Part shown: positions 7,377-15,467 of the stretch, one piece after another
Position numbering within the stretch: position 1 is the first letter of the stretch
How the letters are laid out: each line of letters begins with the position of its first letter
Origin: Myxococcota bacterium
GTDB taxonomy: Bacteria > Myxococcota > JACRCW01
Length of the DNA stretch: 15,585 nt
Reading direction: 5' to 3'
Assembly (NCBI GenBank): GCA_040752415.1
Contig: JBFMGU010000252.1
Coordinates: 1-15,585 of the forward strand
The notes under the pieces: model-generated
Database searches by the model: none
Told to the model about the DNA's origin: nothing
Seen by the model: the letters and a program-made list of their open reading frames with translations, nothing else
Position numbers and translations under genes: made by a program

Positions 7377-8429
7377 ATGAGCGAGGGATTCAAGCTCATC
7401 CGTTGCGCCAGCAGCGGAGGTTGAGCCGCCAAGGTGGGTCCGGGTGACCTGCACGAGCTCTTGACGACGATGGCCCCTGCCGAAGGGGAGATGGCTACCC
7501 GCGTGCTCATCGGCCTGATGCAGCCCGACGACGCCGCGGTGATCACCTGGGGCAACGCCCCCGCGGTGGTCATGACCACGGACATCATCACCCCCGCCTG
7601 CGACGATCCCTTCCTCTTCGGCCAGCTCGCCGCCGCCAACGCCATCTCCGACGTGTACGCCATGGGCGGTCGCCCCGTGGCGGTGCTCAACATCTGCTGC
7701 TTCCCCGAGGACGCCAACTGCCCCCTGCCCATCAAGAAGCGCATCCTCGCCGGCGTGGCGGAGCGCGTGGCCGCGGCGGGCGCCGTGGTGGTGGGCGGCC
7801 ACACCGTGCGCGACGCCGAGCTGAAGGTGGGCCTGGCCGTGGTGGGACAAGTGGAGCCCGACCGTGTGCTGCGCAAGGCCGGCCTGCGTGTGGGCGACGC
7901 CCTCATCCTCACCAAGCCGCTCGGCATCGGCGTGCTCATCAACGCCTACCGGAAGGACCTGGTGACGTCGGAAGTGCTGGAGTCCGCGCTGCGGGAGCAG
8001 GTGGACCTCAATGACCGCGCCGCGCAGATCGCCTTGGACGCGGGCGCCACCGGCGCCACCGACATCACCGGCTTCGGCCTGTGCGGTCACGGCCTGGAGA
8101 TGGCCCGCGGCGCGGGCGCCACGCTGCTGTTCCAGACGGCGGACGTGCCCATGCGGACCGAGTCGCTGCAGGTGAGCGCCCAGGGCGTCACCAGCCGCGG
8201 CCAGAAGGACAACGAGAAGCACAGCGGCACGGACGTTCAGGCCGCCCCCGGCGTGGACCCGGTGCGGCGGGCCCTGTGCTTTGACCCGCAGACCAGCGGC
8301 CCGCTCCTCTTTGGCGTGGACCCCGCTCGCGCCGAGGCCACGGTGCAACAGCTGCGTGACGCCGGCATGCCCGCCGCCGCGGTGGTGGGTCGGGTGGAGG
8401 CGGGTCCGCCGCGCGTCCATCTGGTGTAG
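7377..8429 (+). CDS. selD: Selenide, water dikinase (selenophosphate synthetase), selenocysteine-containing, 350 aa
   Basis: ATG at 7377 with GGAG/GAGG upstream; MSEGFKLIRCASSGG-U(TGA 7422-7424)-AAK matches the SelD catalytic (C/U)xxK motif. Downstream DDAAV, TTDIITP, FGQLAAANAISDVYAMGG, GGHT, LILTKPLG, ATDITGFGLCGH, DPQTSGPLL. Confidence 0.95.
7434..7454 (+). promoter_or_regulatory. Bacterial SECIS-like hairpin
   Basis: GTGGGTC-CGGGT-GACCTGCAC. The apical loop begins 16 nt after the UGA and has G at loop position 2, fitting the general bSECIS model. Confidence 0.65.
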
Positions 8430-8439
8430 AACACCCGTT

Positions 8440-8448
8440 TGCTAGACT
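8440..8448 (+). promoter_or_regulatory. Possible extended -10 promoter for the lipoprotein-rimK unit
   Basis: TGC-TAGACT just after the selD stop and 65 nt before ATG 8514; no good -35. Confidence 0.3.
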
Positions 8449-8513
8449 TGCCCCGCCTCGCCGGTGTGGAGTCCGCCCCGGTGTTTGTGGGAATGGAATG
8501 GACTGAGGTGCGC

Positions 8514-9119
8514 ATGCGCAGCAATGGCGGGTGGTTGACGTGGGGCGTGCTGGTGCTGGGAGCGTTGGCGTGTGAGTCCCCGCGCAATCAGGGCGCGCGC
8601 AAGGCCGAGGTCAACGTCAAGGAAGGCGAGACCGTCAAGATCGAGGAGCAGGAGATGAGCGCGGAAGGTCTGCTCATCCGTCGCTACGACCTCAACCGCG
8701 ACGAGAAGCCGGACATGGTGAAGTACTTCAAGGTCGTGGGCACCAATGAGCTGCTGGTGCGCAAGGAGTTCGACCTGAACTTCGACGGGAAGCCCGACGT
8801 CTGGCGCTTCATGGATGACAAGGGCAACCTGGTGAAGGAGCGCGTGGACTACGACTTTGACGGCAAGGTCGACTCGCTCAACGTGTTCGAGAACAACCAG
8901 GTGGTGAAGAAGGAAGTGGACCTCAACTTCGACGAGAAGCCCGACCTGTTCAAGTACTACGACAAGGGCAAGATCGCTCGGAAGGAAGCCGACACCAACC
9001 ACGACGGCAAGGTCGACTACTGGGAGTATTACGAGGACGGGAAGGTGGACCGCATCGGCGTCGACCGCGACGGTGATGGCCAGGTGGATGACTGGCAGAA
9101 GTCCAACACCGAGGGCTGA
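8514..9119 (+). CDS. Lipoprotein (201 aa) with six Dx[DN]xD[GE] calcium-loop-like repeats
   Basis: ATG at 8514 with GAGGT upstream; lipobox ALAC. Repeats DLNRDEKPD, DLNFDGKPD, DYDFDGKVD, DLNFDEKPD, DTNHDGKVD, DRDGDGQVD separated by beta-hairpin-like segments. Confidence 0.88.
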   Translation: MRSNGGWLTWGVLVLGALACESPRNQGARKAEVNVKEGETVKIEEQEMSAEGLLIRRYDLNRDEKPDMVKYFKVVGTNELLVRKEFDLNFDGKPDVWRFMDDKGNLVKERVDYDFDGKVDSLNVFENNQVVKKEVDLNFDEKPDLFKYYDKGKIARKEADTNHDGKVDYWEYYEDGKVDRIGVDRDGDGQVDDWQKSNTEG

Positions 9120-9130
9120 AGCGCCCGCCC

Positions 9131-10054
9131 ATGGCCACCCGCAAGCGCGCCCGTGGACCACGCGTCTGGATCCTCTCCCGCTCCGCGCGCCTGTACAGCA
9201 CCAAGCGACTCGTCGAGGCGGCGCGCGAGCTGGGCGCGTTGGTCACCGTCGTCGACCCGCTCTCCTGTGAGCTGGCCTGGGGCCCCCGCGGCGTCAGCCT
9301 GCGACTCTCCGGTGAGCCGGTGGAACTCCCCCACGTCGTCATTCCGCGCGTGGGAGCCCGCAGCGCGCGCACCGGATTGGGCGTGCTCACGCAGCTGGAG
9401 GTGCTGGGCTGCGCGCTGGTCAACACCGCCCACGGCATCAGCCACGCGCGGGACAAGCTCCTCTCCGCGCAGCGCCTGGTGGCCGCGGGACTGCCCGTGC
9501 CCGCCACCGCGCTCGTGCGCAGCCAGCGCAGCCTGCAGAAGGCGGTGCGGGAGCTGGGCGGGCCGCCGGTGATCGTGAAGATGCCGCGCGGCAGCCAGGG
9601 CGTGGGCGTCATGCTGGCCCAGACCCACGACGAGGTGGAGGCCCACGCACAGGCGCTCTGGCAGCTGGGGCAGGAGGTGCTCTTGCAGCAGTTCGTCGTC
9701 GAGGCGGCGGGGGCGGACATCCGCGCGCTGGTGGTGGGCGGAAAGCTGGTGGCGGCCATGCAGCGCCGCGCGCGCGACGGGGAATTCCGCGCCAACGTGC
9801 ACCAGGGCGGGACGGTGGCGCCGCTGCGTCTGGGACGGGCCGAGCGAAGGCTGGCGGAGCGCGCGGCGGAGGCCATGGGGCTGGGGATGGCGGGCGTGGA
9901 TCTGCTGGTGTCGCGTCGGGGGCCGCTGGTGCTGGAGGTGAACGCCAGCCCGGGGCTGCGCGGCATCGAGGGAGCCACCGGCGTCGACGTGGCGGGGGCC
10001 ATTGCCCGACACGCGCTGGCGCTCTGTCAGCGGGCTGGCAGGGCCGTGGGCTAG
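9131..10054 (+). CDS. rimK: RimK-family alpha-L-glutamate ligase (ATP-grasp)
   Basis: ILSRSARLYSTKRLVEAA, VIPRVG, ARDKL, PVIVKMPRGSQGVGV, QQFV, DIRALVVGG, EFRANVHQGG, GVDLL, LEVNASPGLRGIE. Confidence 0.88.
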   Translation: MATRKRARGPRVWILSRSARLYSTKRLVEAARELGALVTVVDPLSCELAWGPRGVSLRLSGEPVELPHVVIPRVGARSARTGLGVLTQLEVLGCALVNTAHGISHARDKLLSAQRLVAAGLPVPATALVRSQRSLQKAVRELGGPPVIVKMPRGSQGVGVMLAQTHDEVEAHAQALWQLGQEVLLQQFVVEAAGADIRALVVGGKLVAAMQRRARDGEFRANVHQGGTVAPLRLGRAERRLAERAAEAMGLGMAGVDLLVSRRGPLVLEVNASPGLRGIEGATGVDVAGAIARHALALCQRAGRAVG

Positions 10055-10132
10055 AGCGGGCACTGGCGCGCGGGACCTTCCGGAGTCATATGGGGCCCCA
10101 AACCGGTTTACCCCGACAACAGGATCCCCAAC

Positions 10133-11248
10133 GTGCGCGTGACCAAGACCCTTCCGCTGATGCTCCCGCTTGTTGCGCTGTTCGCGTGCAAGCAGCCCGC
10201 CCAGGAGAACGAGCCCAAGTCCAGTGCCACCGGCTTCCCGCCCGCCGCGCCCTCCGCGCCCGCCAGCGGCGCCGTGCCCGTCCTCAAGGATACCGACGTG
10301 GTGGCCACCGTGGGCGGACAGCCCGTGCTGGCCAAGGAGATCCTGGAGAAGACCCGCGCGCAGGAGACCAAGGCGGAAGCCGACTACATCACCAAGATCC
10401 ACAACATCCGCGAGGGGACGCTGCGTGAGCACGTGTTGGATCGTCTGCTCACCGAGGAGGCCAAGAAGGCGGGACTGGCGGATTCCGAGGCGTACGTGCG
10501 TGCGGAGGCGGAGAAGCGTCGCAAGCCGCTGGACGACGCGCGCCTCAAGGCCCTCTACGACAAGGTGGTGCCCGTGGGCGGCCCGCCCTTCGAGGAGGTG
10601 AAGCCGCAGGTGGCCCAGGCGCTGGCGCAGCAGGACATGCAGGAAGCCGTGGCGTCGATCATGGACGAGGTGATGCAGAAGCACCAGGTGAAGTGGCTGC
10701 TCCCCGCGCCCAAGCTGCCCAAGATGAACGTGAGCGCCGACGACGACCCGGTGCTCGGCAACAAGGACGCCAAGGTCACCATCATCGAGTTCTCCGACTT
10801 CGAGTGCCCGTATTGCGCGCGCGTGGTGGAGACGGCGCACGCGGTGGTGAAGAAGTACGACGGTAAGGTGCGCCTGGTGTTCCGTGATTTCCCGCTCTCG
10901 TTCCACCCGAATGCCAAGAAGGCCGCGGTGGCGGGGAACTGCGCGCACGAGCAGGGCAAGTTCTGGCCATTCCACGACCAGATGTTCAAGAACCAGAACG
11001 CTCTCGACGAGAAGGCGCTGAAGACCTACGCGCGCGTGGCGGGCCTCGACGGGAACGCGTTTGACAAGTGCCTGACGGAGAACGCGGCGAAGTACGAGGA
11101 GGAGATCCAGAAGGACCTCAAGGACGGGCAGGTTGCCGGCGTGGAGGGGACGCCCACGTTCTTCGTCAATGGTCGCCCGGTGTCCGGCGCCGCGACGATG
11201 GAGGAGCTCTCCAACGCCGTGGAGGCCGCGCTGGCCGAAGCGGGCTGA
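10133..11248 (+). CDS. DsbA-family thioredoxin-fold lipoprotein with SurA-N-like helical region
   Basis: Lipobox LFAC; VVATVGGQPV...VLDRLLTEEAKKAG (SurA-N-like); IIEFSDFECPYC, RDFPLSFH, cis-Pro loop GVEGTPTFFVNG. Confidence 0.9.
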   Translation: MRVTKTLPLMLPLVALFACKQPAQENEPKSSATGFPPAAPSAPASGAVPVLKDTDVVATVGGQPVLAKEILEKTRAQETKAEADYITKIHNIREGTLREHVLDRLLTEEAKKAGLADSEAYVRAEAEKRRKPLDDARLKALYDKVVPVGGPPFEEVKPQVAQALAQQDMQEAVASIMDEVMQKHQVKWLLPAPKLPKMNVSADDDPVLGNKDAKVTIIEFSDFECPYCARVVETAHAVVKKYDGKVRLVFRDFPLSFHPNAKKAAVAGNCAHEQGKFWPFHDQMFKNQNALDEKALKTYARVAGLDGNAFDKCLTENAAKYEEEIQKDLKDGQVAGVEGTPTFFVNGRPVSGAATMEELSNAVEAALAEAG

Positions 11249-11257
11249 GCAACGTTG

Positions 11258-11568
11258 GTGGTGGGTGGGGTTGGTGGCGACGTGGCCCCCCCACCCGGCC
11301 GCCTCGCGTGCACCGATTTCTCGTCGTGGCGGCCGACCTCCCCCACGGTGTGGGGAGGCGTAGATGTGCCGCGTCCGCTGTTTCCGGTGAACCGAGCGCG
11401 GCACAAGGCCTCATTGAGCCCGTGCCGCCCACCTGCGCACTGAACCACGCGAGGCGGCACATCTACGCCTCCCCACACCGTGGGGGAGGTCGGCCGCCAC
11501 GACGAGAAATCAGTGCACGCGGGGCGGCCGGGTGGGGGGGCCACATCGCCACCAACCCCACCCACCAC
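11258..11568. repeat. Inverted-repeat doublet 3: near-perfect 115-bp arms between convergent genes
   Basis: Arms 11258-11372 and 11454-11568 with 3 mismatches and an 81-bp spacer. Each arm contains CCTCCCC(C)AC..GTGGGGAGG and CGGCCGC...GCGGCCG hairpins. Confidence 0.95.
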
Positions 11569-11572
11569 GCTC

Positions 11573-13651
11573 CTAGCGACGGTGCAACGCAATCTGCTCG
11601 CGCGCCGCCTCCGCCACCCGCTCTGGCGTGAACCCGAACTTCTTCGCCAGTTCCTTCAGCGGTGCGGACGCCCCAAAGGTGTGCATCCCAATGGCCGCCC
11701 CGTCGATGCCCACGTAGCGCCGCCACCCGAACGTGGCCGCCTGCTCGACGGCAACGCGCGCCTTCACGTCGGGCGGGAGCACGCTGTCGCGGTACTCCTT
11801 GCTCTGGTGCTCAAACAGGTCCCAGCACGGCATGCTCACCACGCGCGCCTTGACGCCGTCCTTCTTGAGCTGCTCGTACGCCTCCACGCACAGGTGCACC
11901 TCGCTCCCCGTCGCCAGCAGGAGCACATCCGGCTTCCCGTCGGGCGCGTCCGCGAGCACATACGCCCCCTTGTGCACGCCCGCCGCCGACGCGTACTTCG
12001 CGCGGTCCAACGTCGGCAGCGCCTGGCGGGTGAGCACCAACGCCACCGGCACGTGACGCTGTTGCATGATGAGCCGCCACGACTCGGTGACCTCGTTGGC
12101 ATCCGCGGGACGGATGGTCATGAGCCCGGGAATCGCACGCAGGCTGGCCAGCTGCTCGACGGGCTGATGCGTGGGCCCGTCCTCACCCACGCCAATGGAG
12201 TCGTGCGTGAAGATGTGGATGACGGGGATCTCCATCAGCGCGCCCAACCGGATTGCCGGCCGCGCGTAGTCGCTGAAGATGAGGAACCCGCTGCCATACG
12301 GCCGCACCTTGCTCAGCGACATCCCGTTGAGGATGGACCCCATGGCGTGCTCACGGATGCCGAAGTGCAGGTTGCGTCCCGCGCGATCCTCCGCCGTGAA
12401 ATCCCCCGCGCCCTCGAAGGTCAGCCGCGTCTTCGTGCTCGGCGCCAGGTCCGCGCTGCCACCAATCAGCCACGGCACGCGCTTGGCCAGCGCGTTGAGC
12501 ACTTTGCCGGAGGCATCCCGTCCCGCAATGCCCTTGGCGTCGGCGGAGAACGTGGGCAGGTCCTTGTCCCATCCCTGCGGCAGCTGGCGACGCTGCATCT
12601 GCTCCAGGTGGTCCGCCAGCTCCGGGTACTTCTGCTGGTACTCCTTGAACAGCGCCATCCACGCGTCGCGCAGCGCGCGTGAGCGCTTGCCCATGGAGTC
12701 CTTGAAACGCGCCCGCACCTCGTCGGGGATGAGGAACCTGGCGTCCTCCGGCCAGCCGTAGTTGCGCTTGGTCAGCCGGATCTCCTCCTCACCCAGCGGC
12801 TCACCGTGCGCGGAGTGCGTGTCCTGCTTGTTGGGAGAGCCGTAGGCAATGTGGCTGTCGACGATGATCAGCGTGGGCCGGTCGGTGGTCTTCTGGAAGG
12901 TGCGGAACGCGCGCTCCAGCATCTCGATGTCGTTGGCGTCGCCCACGCGCGTGACGTTCCACCCGTACGCAATGAACCGCGTGGCCACGTCCTCGCTGAA
13001 AGCCCAGTGCGTGTGCCCCTCGATGGTGATGTGGTTGTTGTCGTAGATCCAGCAGAGGTTGTGCAGCTTGAGGTGTCCCGCCAGGCTCGCCGCCTCGCTG
13101 GCCACGCCTTCCATGAGGTCGCCGTCGCCGCAGAGCGCGTAGACGCTGTGGCCAAAGAGCTGGAACCCCGGCCGATTGAAGTACGAGGCCATCCACAGCC
13201 CCGCCAGCGCCATCCCCACGCTGTTGGCCACACCCTGCCCCAGCGGTCCGGTGGTGGTCTCCACGCCACTGGTCCAGCGGTACTCCGGGTGTCCCGGGCA
13301 GCGGCTCTCCAGCTGGCGGAAGCGCTTGATGTCGTCGAGGGGGACGCTCAGCTCACCCAGCCGCTCATACTCCTTGTTCACCGCCTTGACGCCGCTGAGG
13401 TGCAGCAGGCTGTACAGCAGCATCGACGCGTGCCCGACGCTGAGCACGAAGCGGTCGCGGTCGGGCCAGATGGGGTCGTCGGGGTCGTAGCGCAGGAAGC
13501 GGTCCCACAGCGTGTACGCCACCGGCGCCAGCGCCATGGGCGTGCCGGGATGACCGCTGTTGGCCGCCTGCACCGCGTCCATGGAGAGCGTGCGGATGGT
13601 GTTGATGCACAACTGGTCGATATCGGATGCACCGCCGTTGCGGATGGGCAT
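11573..13651 (-). CDS. tkt: Transketolase (692 aa)
   Basis: True start is ATG 13651 with GGAGG RBS. IRTLSMDAVQAANSGHPG, RDRFVLSVGH, ThDP motif GDGDLMEG...N, THDSIGVGEDGPTHQPVEQ. Confidence 0.97.
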   Translation of the reverse strand: MPIRNGGASDIDQLCINTIRTLSMDAVQAANSGHPGTPMALAPVAYTLWDRFLRYDPDDPIWPDRDRFVLSVGHASMLLYSLLHLSGVKAVNKEYERLGELSVPLDDIKRFRQLESRCPGHPEYRWTSGVETTTGPLGQGVANSVGMALAGLWMASYFNRPGFQLFGHSVYALCGDGDLMEGVASEAASLAGHLKLHNLCWIYDNNHITIEGHTHWAFSEDVATRFIAYGWNVTRVGDANDIEMLERAFRTFQKTTDRPTLIIVDSHIAYGSPNKQDTHSAHGEPLGEEEIRLTKRNYGWPEDARFLIPDEVRARFKDSMGKRSRALRDAWMALFKEYQQKYPELADHLEQMQRRQLPQGWDKDLPTFSADAKGIAGRDASGKVLNALAKRVPWLIGGSADLAPSTKTRLTFEGAGDFTAEDRAGRNLHFGIREHAMGSILNGMSLSKVRPYGSGFLIFSDYARPAIRLGALMEIPVIHIFTHDSIGVGEDGPTHQPVEQLASLRAIPGLMTIRPADANEVTESWRLIMQQRHVPVALVLTRQALPTLDRAKYASAAGVHKGAYVLADAPDGKPDVLLLATGSEVHLCVEAYEQLKKDGVKARVVSMPCWDLFEHQSKEYRDSVLPPDVKARVAVEQAATFGWRRYVGIDGAAIGMHTFGASAPLKELAKKFGFTPERVAEAAREQIALHRR

Positions 13652-13786
13652 GGGACCTCCCCTCTGTGTCAGCTCGCGGCGGGCGTGTAGCACGCGGGAG
13701 CGCGGATTCCACGCTTGCCCGTCGGTGGCGTGCGCCACGCGCGGGGGAATCGTCCGCAGCTGCCTCCGCGAATCCCCATCGGGTGG

Positions 13787-14053
13787 GGCTCTTTTGGGAC
13801 GACGCCCTGGACTCCCTGCCAATGAGATTGGCAGGCAACAAGACGACAAGTCCTGCTCACCTCTCGCGGCGGTGTCGATTCGCAGGACTGACCCTGAAAG
13901 AGGCCTGCGGGCGGCGAGGGACGACCGAGCACCGATCCACTCACCGTCAGTCCTGCGAAACGGGTCCCACGGCCTCGTGGTGAGCAGGACTTGTCGTCTT
14001 GTTGCCTGCCAATCTCATTGGCAGGGAGCCCAGGGCGTCGTCCCAGAAGAGCC
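13787..14053. repeat. Inverted-repeat doublet 4 with nested hairpins
   Basis: Arms 13787-13861 and 13979-14053 (75 bp, 2 mismatches), plus an inner perfect 14-bp pair at 13879-13892 / 13946-13959. Each half has CCTGCCAAT-N3-ATTGGCAGG and AGTCCTGC...GCAGGACT palindromes. Confidence 0.93.
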
Positions 14054-14177
14054 GCGCCCATCACCATCTCTTGACGTGCACCCCCAGACCCGTCCCAACG
14101 CCCACGTGGCCGGACGCCCAGGCGCCCCACCGCTTTCTCCTCGAGACCGGCGGTTGGGCTCGGGCGCGTTCCAGGCG

Positions 14178-15467
14178 CTATTCGCAGTAAGTCCGCTCAC
14201 CCGCCAGGCAGAGTCCGCCGGTGACGCTGGCGCCGTCGTGGCCGTAGCCGTACACGACTTCACAGCGGAATCCCACGGGACAGTCGAGCGTCATGCCGCA
14301 GCTGCTGGCGCACTTCCATCCGTCGTGGTCGACGCACATCGGCCAGTTTCCGCCGTGACACTCGGAGTCCTGGACGCACGGCGTCCCAAGATTCGTCGGC
14401 GCGGGCTCGCACAGGCTCGTGTAGAGGTTGCATCGTTCATCCTGCGGGCAGTGGTGGTGCCCCCGACACCGGGTCGCTCCAGCGTCCCGGTCGTTGACGC
14501 GTCCCCCGTCACGCCGCGCGCCTCCCGCATCTGCACGGTCTGCCTGCGGGTCGCAGAAGCTTCCGTTGAGGTAGAGGCTCACGTCGTCTTCGCCCTGGTA
14601 CGCGCCGTGCGCACCGTGGAAACGACCCACCAGCAGATCCGGCAGCGAATCCTCGTTGAAGTCGGTGACGACGACGTCATGGAGGTCGGGCTGGGTGATG
14701 ACCTTGCGCGGAGGGTGCCAATGACCACCTCCTGACGCGAGCATGATGAACAGGTGGTCTGGCGTGTGCTGGATTCCCACGACGTCCGGAATTCCATCGA
14801 GGTTGATGTCGACGACCCGGAGCGTGCGCGGCGTTCCCTCCACGGGCTGGTGGGGCCCCTCTTCAAAGCTGCCATCCCCACGTCCCAGCAGCGTCCCGAT
14901 GAAATCTTCCCCAGCGACGACGAGGTCCGGCATCCCATCACCGTTGAGGTCGGCCGTGCCGAGCAGGTAGGGCGTCCAGCCCGCGACGTAGACCAGCGCG
15001 GCGGAGTGCAGACCGCCACCCGCGCGTCCCCGTAGAAGGACGAGCGACCGGTGCTGGGCCACGACCACGTCGAGGAGATCGTCCGCGTCGAAGTCACCGA
15101 TCGCGATGTCGTAGATATCGGCGTACACGTCCCGAAGACAGTTCCGAGAGAAGCCACCGTCGCCTTGCTGGTGCCAGACGCCAACTCCGGTCCACCCCGT
15201 CAGGATGAGGTCGCGGAGCCCGTCGGCGTTGACGTCGCTGGCGTGAATGCGGCTGGCCCACCCTGGGATCCTGGCAGCCTGCTGGCCTTCTGCCGCCGAC
15301 GTCAGGTGGAAGAGACTCGTCGCGTGCGCGGTGCCGACCACCAGATCGGGACGACCGTCGGAATCCATGTCCTCCACGACCATCGTGCAGGGATTGAATT
15401 CGGTGGGAATCGAGAGGCTTTCGGCGAATCCCCCGTCCGCGCCCAGGGTGAGCGAGATTGTGGGTTC
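14178..15467 (-). pseudogene. FG-GAP/VCBS-repeat protein with Cys-rich C-terminus, apparently 5'-truncated
   Basis: Repeats DMDSDGRPDLVV, DVNADGLRDLIL, DFDADDLLDVVV, DLNGDGMPDLVV, DINLDGIPDVV, DFNEDSLPDLLV; DAG linker; Cys-rich tail. The repeat pattern continues upstream of ATG 15383 (EPTISLTLGADGGFAESLSIPTEFNPCT) to an in-frame TGA at 15468-15470. No signal peptide and no clear RBS. Confidence 0.6.

Noticed and set aside
5028..8420. 1130-aa minus-strand ORF
   Set aside because: Antisense shadow of the GC-rich 638-aa gene and selD; only the last 115 aa (lipoprotein) look real.
7434..8429. 331-aa SelD starting at GTG 7434, or a selD pseudogene
   Set aside because: It would lack the catalytic residue; ATG 7377 with RBS, the UxxK context and the SECIS-like hairpin support Sec recoding.
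13652..13849. N-terminal extension of tkt, and likewise 2440-2700 and 8439-8513 for their ORFs
   Set aside because: The downstream ATGs have clear Shine-Dalgarno sites; the extensions run through repeats or promoters.
13787..14053. ISL3-derived MITE call based on the GGCTCTT ends
   Set aside because: No flanking target-site duplication (tcgggtgg versus gcgcccat) and the boundaries are fuzzy; kept only as a repeat.
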